Source of the DNA: Polyangiales bacterium | GTDB taxonomy: Bacteria > Myxococcota_A > Polyangia > Polyangiales > Polyangiaceae | DNA: 46,739 nt | Direction of reading: 5' to 3' | Assembly: GCA_038230375.1 (NCBI GenBank) | Contig: JBBRNJ010000069.1 | Location: 1-46,739 of the forward strand | Shown here: positions 17,913-26,305 of the stretch, in pieces | How positions within the stretch are numbered: the first letter of the stretch is position 1 | Layout of the letters: every line of letters starts with the position of its first letter | Notes under the pieces: model-generated | Told to the model about the DNA's origin: nothing | Databases searched by the model: none | What the model saw: only the letters and a program-made list of their open reading frames with translations | Made by a program: the position numbers and the translations under genes

Positions 17913-18122
17913 GACGCTTCTTCTCCTGGGGTTCAGCCTAGCAAAAGGCGCTGCGTATCACTGCTTGTGATTGCGAAAAACCCGACTATCCTGAAGGTGC
18001 AACTCGAAGATCAACCTGCTCGACGACGCCCGATCGGACCTCTGCTTCAATGCTTCAGAAGCAACGAATTTGGGCCATTAATGTCCGCACGTTCCTTCCA
18101 AAGCACTGTACCGAGGCAGACC

Positions 18123-18536
18123 ATGGGCAACCGTCTTTTCGTGGGCAATCTCCCATTCAGCATCACGCAGGACACGCTCCGCGCAGCGTTCGCGGAGTTC
18201 GGGGACATCGAGGATCTTCACATTGCGACGGACCGTGAGACCGGTCAGCCGCGCGGCTTCGCCTTCATCACCATGGGGTCCGCGCAAGCGGCAGCCACGG
18301 CGATGGAGAAGATGAACGGAACGGTGCTCGAGGGCCGTCCGCTCCGCGTGAATGAAGCGGAGGAGCGTCCGCGCCGCGGTGGCGGTGGCGGTGGCGGCGG
18401 CGGCGGCGGCTTCGGTGGTGGCGGCGGCGGCGGTGGCCGTGGCGGCGACCGCGGTGGTCGTGGTGGCGGCGGCGGCCGTGGCGGCGATCGCGGAGGTGGT
18501 GGCGATCGCGGAGGTGGCGGCGGCGGTCGCTGGTAG
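18123..18536 (+). CDS. RRM RNA-binding protein with Gly/Arg-rich tail
   Basis: RNP2 LFVGNL, RNP1 RGFAFITM, GRPLRVNEA, followed by RGG/GGDR repeats. Confidence 0.95.
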   Translation: MGNRLFVGNLPFSITQDTLRAAFAEFGDIEDLHIATDRETGQPRGFAFITMGSAQAAATAMEKMNGTVLEGRPLRVNEAEERPRRGGGGGGGGGGGFGGGGGGGGRGGDRGGRGGGGGRGGDRGGGGDRGGGGGGRW

Positions 18537-18603
18537 TCCAGCGGTCAACGCGCACGCACGAACCCGCCAGAATGCGCTCGCCAGCCGGTGAGCGGAAAGA
18601 CCT

Positions 18604-18643
18604 CGAAGGCCCGTCTCTGAAAGGAGTCGGGCCTCTCGTTTTT
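18604..18643 (+). terminator. Intrinsic terminator after the RRM gene
   Basis: AGGCCCG (18607-18613) pairs with CGGGCCT (18628-18634), followed by CTCGTTTTT. Confidence 0.7.
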
Positions 18644-18666
18644 GTGGCAGACTTCTCGTCATCCGA

Positions 18667-20046
18667 ATGGGGGTCACGCTGCACGAAAACGATCTCCTGG
18701 GAGATCGCTTCAGGCTCCAAAAGCTGCTCGGCGAGGGCGGCATGGGCACGGTGTGGCTCGCAGTGGACCTGCGCGCGGACAAACGCGTCGCGCTGAAATT
18801 CCTCCGCGGCACCGCGCACACCGAGGCCATGAAGCGGTTCTACCGCGAGGCCCGCGTGGCGATGGCCGTGCAACATCCGAACGTGGTGCGCGTGCACGAG
18901 GTCTGCGCGGGCCCCGACGGCGCGCCGCTGATGGTCATGGACTATCTGGAAGGCGAGTCGCTCGGCGATCGCCTGCAGCGCGAGCGAAAGCTCCCGCTCT
19001 CCCAGGTCGCACCGCTTCTGTTGCAGGTCGTGGGCGCCATAGGCAGCGCGCACGCAAAGGGCATTGTCCATCGCGACATCAAGCCCGACAACATCTACCT
19101 CTTGCGCGACGGCGGGCGAGACGACGTCCGGGTACTGGACTTTGGAATCGCGAAGCTGACGGCGACGTCGGGCGAGGCGATGGCGACCGCGGGGCTGACG
19201 TCCACCGGCGCGGTGCTCGGCACGCCGTATTACATGAGCCCGGAGCAGGTCTTCGCCGACAAGACGATCGACCATCGGGCGGACGTCTGGTCCATCGGCA
19301 TCATGACGTACGAGCTGCTGACGGGGAAGAAGCCGATCGTCGGAGACAGCATCGGCGCGCTGCTTCGCGCGATCACGGACAGCACGATCGTCCCGCTCGA
19401 ACATGTGGAGCCGGCGCTTCCGGCGGACCTCTGCGCGCTCGTCGGGCGCATGATCCAGACCGACCGCGACAAGCGCCCCTCCGACCTGCGAGAGGTCTAC
19501 AACGTGCTGGTGCGCCACGATCCCTCGCGACCAAAGTTGGTCCCATTCGGCGAGGCGACGGTGGACGCGCACCTCGCGCTCGACGACACGATCCCCGGTG
19601 AGCCGCTGAAGCTCAGCTCCACGAACGATGGAGTCGCGAGCGCGACCGAGCCGTCGATGTCACGGCCGAAGAGCAGCAACGCGATGATCCTCATCATCGG
19701 CGCGCTCGTGGCCGGGATCACAGTCGCGAGCGGAGCGATCGTCGCGTTCAAGAGCGACGCGCCGAGCAAGATGCCCCAGACACCAACGGAGCTACCATCC
19801 ACGTCGACTTCGACTTCGACTTCGACTTCGACCTCGACCTCGACCTCACCCTCGACCTCACCCTCGACCTCACCCTCGACCTCACCCTCGACCTCACCCT
19901 CGACCTCACCCGCGACGTCACCCCGCCCCAGGCCGAAGCCCACTCCCTCCTCCTCCTCGATTCCCTCCGTTCCCCCCGCTCCCTCCGCCGCGCCTCCCGC
20001 AGTGCCCACGGGCGCGGGCATCGTCAACAAGAACCCCTACCAATGA
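18667..20046 (+). CDS. Membrane-anchored Ser/Thr protein kinase (Hanks type)
   Basis: LGEGGMGTV, VALKFL, HRDIKPDN, DFGIAK, GTPYYMSPEQ, a TM helix, then an S/T/P linker ending NPYQ. Confidence 0.95.
   Translation: MGVTLHENDLLGDRFRLQKLLGEGGMGTVWLAVDLRADKRVALKFLRGTAHTEAMKRFYREARVAMAVQHPNVVRVHEVCAGPDGAPLMVMDYLEGESLGDRLQRERKLPLSQVAPLLLQVVGAIGSAHAKGIVHRDIKPDNIYLLRDGGRDDVRVLDFGIAKLTATSGEAMATAGLTSTGAVLGTPYYMSPEQVFADKTIDHRADVWSIGIMTYELLTGKKPIVGDSIGALLRAITDSTIVPLEHVEPALPADLCALVGRMIQTDRDKRPSDLREVYNVLVRHDPSRPKLVPFGEATVDAHLALDDTIPGEPLKLSSTNDGVASATEPSMSRPKSSNAMILIIGALVAGITVASGAIVAFKSDAPSKMPQTPTELPSTSTSTSTSTSTSTSTSPSTSPSTSPSTSPSTSPSTSPATSPRPRPKPTPSSSSIPSVPPAPSAAPPAVPTGAGIVNKNPYQ
19804..19920 (+). repeat. 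In-frame (TCGACY)n and (CCCTCGACCTCA)n array encoding STST/PSTS
   Basis: tcgact x4, tcgacc x3, then five 12-nt ccctcgacctca units, inside the kinase ORF. Confidence 0.9.
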
Positions 20047-20049
20047 GCG

Positions 20050-20535
20050 CTAGTACGCGTGGCGCGCGATCCCCACGAAGAAGAGCGCGTCGAACACGAC
20101 CAGCACCGCCGTGCACAGAGTGATGCGCGGCTTCGTCGGCTCGCCGAGCAGGACGCCGAGCAGCGCGAACGACCACACGATGTGTAGGGCCGTCACCTCC
20201 GAGCTCCCGCCAACCGACGACGCGATCAGGGTCGCGATCGCGAGCACCATCACGTAGCGAATGGCGAACCTGCGGATCGCCTCCTTGCGCGCTTCCGCCC
20301 GAGTGGTGAGGATCGCCACAGCGAAGGCAACCTCGACCAGGCTCGCGAATGCTCCGAGCGCGAATCTCTGAACGGGAAGGCTCAGGGCACAGATCAGCAG
20401 GCCCCCGCCCCCGAGGACGCCCTGTGCCAGCATGATCGCCGCCGGCACGGTTCGCCCGGGAAGTCGCGGCTCGGCCGGCAAGCTGCCCGTGCCCGGCACC
20501 GCGGAATTGCGCTCTTTTTCGCCGTCGGAGGCCAC
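20050..20535 (-). CDS. Hypothetical membrane protein
   Basis: 161 aa with about five hydrophobic segments; convergent with the kinase. Confidence 0.65.
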   Translation of the reverse strand: MASDGEKERNSAVPGTGSLPAEPRLPGRTVPAAIMLAQGVLGGGGLLICALSLPVQRFALGAFASLVEVAFAVAILTTRAEARKEAIRRFAIRYVMVLAIATLIASSVGGSSEVTALHIVWSFALLGVLLGEPTKPRITLCTAVLVVFDALFFVGIARHAY

Positions 20536-20699
20536 GGGTCAAGCCGTACCACCGAACCCCACGCACCGCAAAATCGCCCCACTAAACCGACGGAGACGTG
20601 TCGCTTACTCGCGATGCCGGACGACTTCGAGTATGACGCACGAGTCCATTGCCCCCAGGGGCGGGGCAGTTCATTCCTTTCCACTCAAGGACATTCACC

Positions 20700-20921
20700 A
20701 TGAAGAAGGTTGCTTTCGTGTTCCTGGCGCTCAGCGTCATCGTCGGTGCAGTCATCGCGTGCGGCGACGCCCCCAAGCCGGCCATCAACGCCAGCGACGT
20801 CACCAACTCCGCGTCCAGCGCGGCGAACGGTGCGAGCAGCGGCGCCAACCAGGCGGCCGGTGCGGCCAACTCGGCTGGCAACACGGCCACCAGCACCGCT
20901 TCCTCGGCGATGAAGAAGTAA
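20700..20921 (+). CDS. Small Ala/Ser/Asn-rich lipoprotein
   Basis: AAGGA RBS, MKKVAFVFLALSVIVGAVIAC lipobox, low-complexity mature part, own terminator. Confidence 0.8.
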   Translation: MKKVAFVFLALSVIVGAVIACGDAPKPAINASDVTNSASSAANGASSGANQAAGAANSAGNTATSTASSAMKK

Positions 20922-20939
20922 GCCCTCCCAGAGGCTTCG

Positions 20940-20978
20940 CGAAGACCGCTCGACTCTCGGGCGGTCTTCGTTCGTTTT
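20940..20978 (+). terminator. Intrinsic terminator after the small lipoprotein
   Basis: CGAAGACCGCTCGA-CTC-TCGGGCGGTCTTCG 14-bp stem followed by TTCGTTTT. Confidence 0.8.
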
Positions 20979-21051
20979 GTCCTCAAGACTGCGGAGGCGC
21001 CGCCGTTCCGGGAGGTGATGCGCATTTGCGCGCAGACCTTGGAGCCCCAAC

Positions 21052-21432
21052 GTGCCACCCACCATCCTCGTCGTGGACGACTCGATCCTGATTCGTCGGC
21101 ACGTTCGCCTCACGCTCGAGGCCGCGGGGTTCACGGTGCTCGAGGCAGTGACCGGGCGGGACGCGATGGGCAAGCTCGAAGGCTCCGATGTCGCGCTTGC
21201 CATCTGTGACGTCAACATGCCGGACGTGAGCGGACTGTCGTTCCTGGAGTCGCTCCGCAAGCTCGAGCAGTGGAAGGCGTTGCCGGTGATCTTCCTGACG
21301 GCGGAGGCAGACCCCGCGCTCATCGCGAAGGCGAAGCAGCTTGCTGCCTCTGCATGGCTGGTGAAGCCCTTCGAGCCGAAGCGCCTGGTCGAGACCGCGC
21401 GACGTCTGACCGCCACACCGGCGCAGGTGTAG
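21052..21432 (+). CDS. Single-domain CheY-like response regulator
   Basis: ILVVDDS, ICDVNMPDVSG (phospho-acceptor Asp), VIFLTAE, WLVKPF. Confidence 0.92.
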   Translation: MPPTILVVDDSILIRRHVRLTLEAAGFTVLEAVTGRDAMGKLEGSDVALAICDVNMPDVSGLSFLESLRKLEQWKALPVIFLTAEADPALIAKAKQLAASAWLVKPFEPKRLVETARRLTATPAQV

Positions 21433-21478
21433 CGACGAAACGGTTCCACGAAGGGCGCGGGGTACTACACTTGCCGCC

Positions 21479-22330
21479 GTGAACTTCGTACCTCTCACGC
21501 AGCCGCACGGTCCCATCGCGGACCCGCTCTATCTGGTCGTCGCCCGCTCGGACATCCTGTGGAAGAAGGGCAACACTGGGCTCGCCCTCGTGGACGGCAA
21601 GGATCTCGACGCGCTCGGCATCTCCCACGCCGACCCGCTCTTCATGGGTGAGCTGGATGGCCGCGCGCTATGCACGGTGACGTGGGACGACGCGCCCCTG
21701 GGCGACGACAGGAAGAAGATCGCAGAGCCGTTCCGGCTTCGCAGTCTGCGCTCGCTCTTCGGTGAGCTCGACAGCGCGATGTTCGATCCCGCCGGCCGCG
21801 CGATGCACTTCGCGGACTGGAGCACGCAGTCCCGCTTCTGCGGCGCGTGCGCCACAAAGACCGTCCGCTCCGAGAAGGAGCGCGCCATGACCTGCCCGGC
21901 GTGCAAACGCGTGTACTATCCCCGTATATCGCCCGCGGTGATCGTGCTCGTCACGCGCGGCGAAGAGGCGCTACTCGCGCGCGGCTCACGCTTTCCCCTG
22001 CCCTTCTTCAGCACGCTCGCCGGCTTCTCGGAGGTGGGCGAGTCGCTGGAGGAGACGCTCGTGCGCGAGGTGCGTGAAGAGGTAGGGATCGACGTCACGA
22101 ACGTGCGCTACTTCGGCAGCCAGCCGTGGCCGTTTCCCAACTCGCTCATGATCGGCTTCTTCGCGGACCACCAATCCGGGGAAATATCGCCCGATCCGGA
22201 GGAGATCGCGGAGGCCGCCTGGTTCCGCCGCGAGGAGCTGCCAATGGTGCCGCCGCCCGTGAGCATCGCACGCAGGCTCATCGACGCATGGGTCGCGGGT
22301 ACGCATCGCGAAGGAACTGCGACCCGTTAG
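21479..22330 (+). CDS. nudC: NAD(+) diphosphatase NudC
   Basis: FCGACA..CPAC zinc ribbon, YPRISPAVIV, Nudix box AGFSEVGESLEETLVREVREEVG, SQPWPFPNSLM signature. Confidence 0.95.
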   Translation: MNFVPLTQPHGPIADPLYLVVARSDILWKKGNTGLALVDGKDLDALGISHADPLFMGELDGRALCTVTWDDAPLGDDRKKIAEPFRLRSLRSLFGELDSAMFDPAGRAMHFADWSTQSRFCGACATKTVRSEKERAMTCPACKRVYYPRISPAVIVLVTRGEEALLARGSRFPLPFFSTLAGFSEVGESLEETLVREVREEVGIDVTNVRYFGSQPWPFPNSLMIGFFADHQSGEISPDPEEIAEAAWFRREELPMVPPPVSIARRLIDAWVAGTHREGTATR

Positions 22331-22360
22331 GCCGTGACGCTCAGCAGGAGCGCGGCTTCT

Positions 22361-23059
22361 TCAGGGCGTGCGTCCAGGACGCGTTCCCACGTATGCGCGG
22401 GCGCGCACCTTGCCGCGCTCCTTGAGCGGTACGACGCTCGGCGTGAGCAGCGCGCGGCCGAGGTGCCCAAGGAAGACGTCCGCGGGGTAACCGCTCCACA
22501 CGCAGTACGCACCGCCCTTCGCCAGCGCGCGGCGTGCCTTCGCAAGGCCAGCCTGCGAGTAGAGGAACTGGTTCTCCGGGAAGGAGCCCCAGTCCGGCCC
22601 GTTGTCCACGTCGAGCAAGATCGCAGAGAGGTCGCGCTCGCGATCGATCACCTGGGTGACGTCCTCGTTGACCAGGGTCACGCGAGGATCGTCGAGCGCG
22701 CCCTCGCACAGATGCGCAAGGTCACCGCGAACGAGAGACACGACCGTCGCGAGCTTCTCGGCGACGATGATCTCGGCCCTTTTTCCCACTGAATCGAGCA
22801 CGCCGCGCAGCGTGGACCCGAAGCCCAGACCGCCGATGAGCACGCGCATGGGCTGCGGCAGTCCGAGCCCGCGCACGATGCAACCGAACGCGTACTCCGT
22901 CCCGAGCGCCTTGCTCGTCAGGATGGGTACGCGCCCGATCATGAGCTCCACGTGGGGGCCGCGCTCCGTGAGAACGAGACGCTGCCCCGCTTCGTGAAAC
23001 ACCTTCGTGCGTGGCGGCGCGCCGGGCGGCGGCCGTGCGGGAGTACGCGCGCTCTTCAG
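22361..23059 (-). CDS. Spermidine synthase-like SAM-dependent methyltransferase-fold protein
   Basis: RVLIGGLGFGSTL, ILLDVDNGP, GGAYCVWS. Start uncertain (about 23059 or GTG 23002); the longer track ORF overlaps 23070..23414. Confidence 0.8.
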   Translation of the reverse strand: MKSARTPARPPPGAPPRTKVFHEAGQRLVLTERGPHVELMIGRVPILTSKALGTEYAFGCIVRGLGLPQPMRVLIGGLGFGSTLRGVLDSVGKRAEIIVAEKLATVVSLVRGDLAHLCEGALDDPRVTLVNEDVTQVIDRERDLSAILLDVDNGPDWGSFPENQFLYSQAGLAKARRALAKGGAYCVWSGYPADVFLGHLGRALLTPSVVPLKERGKVRARAYVGTRPGRTP

Positions 23060-23069
23060 CTGGCGCTCG

Positions 23070-23414
23070 TCAGTTGGAAGCGGAGGCGATGATCCGGAAG
23101 ATCGCGCCGATGACGATCGACACGATGAAGCCGATCTTGGCGCCGCGCTTGGTGTCCGCGCCCTTCGCGATCGCGAGGACCAGGATGAAGCCGATGCAGC
23201 CGCCGAAGAAGCCGGCCGCGAAGCCAAGACCGAAGCTCCCGGGGATGGGCCCGCCAGGCGTGGTGGAGGGCGCGTACTGCATGGGGGGCGCGTACGGCGA
23301 CGGACCACCGGGGGGAGGAGCACCATAGCCACCAGGAGGCGGCGCACCGTAACCACTGGGCGGCGGACCTCCAGGCTGGTTCGGGTCTCCGGGCGGCTGA
23401 TTGAAGTTTCCCAT
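23070..23414 (-). CDS. Small Pro/Gly-rich membrane protein with GFFGGCIG module (copy C)
   Basis: GGAGGAG RBS; MGNFNQPPGDPNQPGGPPPSGYGAPPPGGYG... then GSFGLGFAAGFFGGCIGFILVLAIAKGADTKRGAKIGF. Confidence 0.85.
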   Translation of the reverse strand: MGNFNQPPGDPNQPGGPPPSGYGAPPPGGYGAPPPGGPSPYAPPMQYAPSTTPGGPIPGSFGLGFAAGFFGGCIGFILVLAIAKGADTKRGAKIGFIVSIVIGAIFRIIASASN

Positions 23415-23476
23415 GTCTAGCTCCTCCGGGACGGGAGCCTATCCTCGATTTCTTTGGCGCGATAGGCTTCCTGTCG

Positions 23477-25450
23477 ATGCCGCCGCCCGCGTCACAGGCC
23501 CTGATCGCACCCGGTGCGGTGTTCGCCGGCGACTACCGGATCGAGCGCCTGATCGGTCAGGGTGGGATGGCGCAGGTGTTCGCCGCGGAGCAGCTCTCCA
23601 CGGGCAAGATGCGCGCGCTGAAGCTGATGCACCCCACGCTGGTCTCGGACGAGGAGCACAAGAAGCGCTTCCTCCGCGAGGCACGCGCGGGAGGGCGCAT
23701 CGAGAGCGATCACGTCGTGAGCGTGCAGGGCGCTGGCGTGGATGCGGACACCAACACGCCGTACATCGTGATGGAGCTGCTGCGCGGCGAGACGCTCTAC
23801 GATCGCGTGAAGCGCGGCTCGCTCGGCGTGCGAGAGGCAGCTGCCATCGTGCGCGAGCTCGGACACGCCATGGCGGCGGCGCACGTCGCAGGCGTCGTTC
23901 ACCGCGATCTGAAGCCAGAGAACGTCTTCCTCGCCACGAAGCAAGGCGCGACCGGCGGCGCGTCGGTGAAGGTCCTCGATTTCGGCATCGCGAAGCTCCT
24001 CGCGGAGGTGGGCACGCGCGGCACGACGGGCGCGATGGGCTCCCCGCTGTGGATGGCGCCAGAGCAGACGGAGCCGGGCAACATCACGCCGGCCGCAGAC
24101 GTGTGGGCCATGGGCCTGCTCGTGTTCTTCGTGCTCACGGGCAAGTACTTCTGGTTGAGCGCGCGCGACTCCGACGCCACGGTCACGCAGCTCCTCCGTG
24201 AGATCATCTTCGAGCCGATCCCGAAGGCGAGCGACCGTGCGAAGGAGCTTGGTGTGCAGGCGCAGCTGCCCGCGGCGATGGACGAGTGGTTCCTGCGCTG
24301 CCTCCAGCGCGACCCCACGCTGCGCTTCGCGAATGGCAGCGAGTGCACGGCCGCATTCGAGGGCGTCCTCACGCACGAGGACGCCGTCGACGTCGGCATC
24401 CAGGCCACCGTGCTCGGCGACCCGATGTCCGTCGGCAAGGTGCGCTCCATGCCGCCGTCCGCAGCGATCCGCATCACACCTGCCTCCGCGGAGGGCATGG
24501 CCACGATCGTCGACGCAAGATCCGACGGCCGCGTCGAGGCCGCGCCCACGATGGAGCTGCGAGAGACCGTGAGCGCCGCACCACCACCACCACCGGCGGC
24601 GACCACGACGGACAGGTCGAGGCAGCTGCCGTCGGGTACGCCGCCGCCGCTGTCCACGTCGACCAAGCTGAAGGACGCGAAGGCGGAAGAAGGAGGGAAG
24701 GGGCTCGGGATCGGGCCGTGGATTCTCGGGAGCGCAGCGCTGGTCGCGGCGGCGATCGTGGTGTCGATGGGGCTGCTGAAGCCGACGGCCTCGACGACGA
24801 CACCGACGACTTCGACTTCGACGTCGACACCGACGACGACCTCGACTTTGACACCGACGACGACGACGACGACTTCGACACCGACTTCGACCTCGACCTC
24901 GACCTCGACACCGACCTCGACCTCGACTCCGAGCGCAGCGGCGACCCAACCCTCGACACCGACACCGACCTCGACACCGACCTCGACCTCGACCCAGACG
25001 TCGACCTCGACCTCGGCCCTCAAACCTCACCCCTCCCCTTCCTCCCTCTCTCCCTCGAACGGCGTGACTACCTCCAGCGCCTCGGGCAAGCAGTGGAAGT
25101 GGAAGGTCTCTGGTCACACCATCTTCGTGCAGTCGGGTCGGATGGATGTCGTGGGCAACGTGGCGCCGAATGTCATCCGCGAGGCCATGGACTGGAACGG
25201 TTGGGAATACCTGCGCTGCTACGAGCGCGATTTCACCAATGCGGACTCGTTGCCGCACGGCACCGTCACGCTCAAATTCAAGGTGTTCGATCAATTGCCG
25301 CGCGACATGAGCGTGGAGAAGAGCGACTTCACCGTGCCCAAGTTCAACGAGTGCGTCCGCGGCACCGCCCTTGGTCAGACCGTGAACGCCGCTGGTGCGA
25401 ACGGGTTTGCAACCGTGTCCTATGCGCTCACGTTCACCGTGGGCGACTGA
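23477..25450 (+). CDS. Membrane Ser/Thr protein kinase with Thr/Ser linker and C-terminal TonB-C/AgmX-like domain
   Basis: IGQGGMAQV, RALKLM, HRDLKPEN, DFGIAK, GSPLWMAPEQ, a TM helix, an STP-rich linker, then YLRCYER...GTVTLKFKV...FNECV...VSYALTF. Confidence 0.93.
   Translation: MPPPASQALIAPGAVFAGDYRIERLIGQGGMAQVFAAEQLSTGKMRALKLMHPTLVSDEEHKKRFLREARAGGRIESDHVVSVQGAGVDADTNTPYIVMELLRGETLYDRVKRGSLGVREAAAIVRELGHAMAAAHVAGVVHRDLKPENVFLATKQGATGGASVKVLDFGIAKLLAEVGTRGTTGAMGSPLWMAPEQTEPGNITPAADVWAMGLLVFFVLTGKYFWLSARDSDATVTQLLREIIFEPIPKASDRAKELGVQAQLPAAMDEWFLRCLQRDPTLRFANGSECTAAFEGVLTHEDAVDVGIQATVLGDPMSVGKVRSMPPSAAIRITPASAEGMATIVDARSDGRVEAAPTMELRETVSAAPPPPPAATTTDRSRQLPSGTPPPLSTSTKLKDAKAEEGGKGLGIGPWILGSAALVAAAIVVSMGLLKPTASTTTPTTSTSTSTPTTTSTLTPTTTTTTSTPTSTSTSTSTPTSTSTPSAAATQPSTPTPTSTPTSTSTQTSTSTSALKPHPSPSSLSPSNGVTTSSASGKQWKWKVSGHTIFVQSGRMDVVGNVAPNVIREAMDWNGWEYLRCYERDFTNADSLPHGTVTLKFKVFDQLPRDMSVEKSDFTVPKFNECVRGTALGQTVNAAGANGFATVSYALTFTVGD
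24790..25014 (+). repeat. In-frame (TCGACY)n-type array encoding TSTSTP, followed by a C/T tract
   Basis: Degenerate tcgacc/tcgaca/ccgacc/acgacg units, then cccctccccttcctccctctctccc (25030-25054). Confidence 0.9.
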
Positions 25451-25451
25451 C

Positions 25452-26045
25452 GTGGTGCATGGAGCAGGGAGCGTCGCGTTTGCGCGCGCGACCGTTGGCA
25501 TCCTGGTGGGCGGCAAGGCAACGCGGATGGGCGGCGTCGCAAAGGGGCTGCTGCAAACCAGCAACGGCGAGGCGATCGTCATCCGCACCGCACGCGTGTT
25601 TCGTCACGTCAACGCCGACGCTGTCCTGCTCGGCAGCGCAACGGCATACGCGGACACGGGCCTGCCGTCCCTTCCCGACGAGCCGGGGATCGAAGGACCG
25701 CTCGCCGGTTTGGTCGCGCTGCTGCGACGCGCCACGACCACCCGCGTGTTCCTGGTCGGCGGAGACATGCCGTTCGTGACAGAGGCGCTCGCGGCTCGCC
25801 TTGCGTCGGTCCTGGATGATCACGACGCTGCAGCTGCGCACGACGGCGAGCGGTTCCTGCCCCTGTTCGCCGCGTTCGCGGGCGACGCCATTCGTGCGCG
25901 TGTGGAGGAGAGCGTCAAAGGAGGCGCGCGCTCTCCTTCCGCGATCCTGCGCGCGCTCGGCGCCGCGCCGCTCGCGCTATCTGGCGACGAGCTCGCGGCC
26001 CTTGCCGACTGGGACACCGACGACGATCGTGCGCGAGCTACGTGA
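25452..26045 (+). CDS. mobA: Molybdenum cofactor guanylyltransferase
   Basis: ILVGGKATRMGGVAKGLL, GPLAGL, GGDMPF, PLFA, DWDTDDD. GTG start just after the kinase stop. Confidence 0.85.
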   Translation: MVHGAGSVAFARATVGILVGGKATRMGGVAKGLLQTSNGEAIVIRTARVFRHVNADAVLLGSATAYADTGLPSLPDEPGIEGPLAGLVALLRRATTTRVFLVGGDMPFVTEALAARLASVLDDHDAAAAHDGERFLPLFAAFAGDAIRARVEESVKGGARSPSAILRALGAAPLALSGDELAALADWDTDDDRARAT

Positions 26046-26305
26046 GCTCCTTCTCGACAGCCGCGCGCGCAGGGCTGAACGCGAGCGCCGCGGCGATGGT
26101 GATGACAAATGTTGAGAGACCCGGGAGGGGAATGATCGCTCGCGCGAGATGCCTACGCATATGCAGTCCGTAGAGGAGGCAAGCGCCAGTACACAACCGC
26201 AAACGCGTCGGTTAAAGTTGCCCCGGACGCGACCGGCATTGTGTACGGTTCCTGTTCGCCGTCCCATTCGCAAGCGCGAGCGACGCGCGTACCAAAAGGA
26301 GCCAG

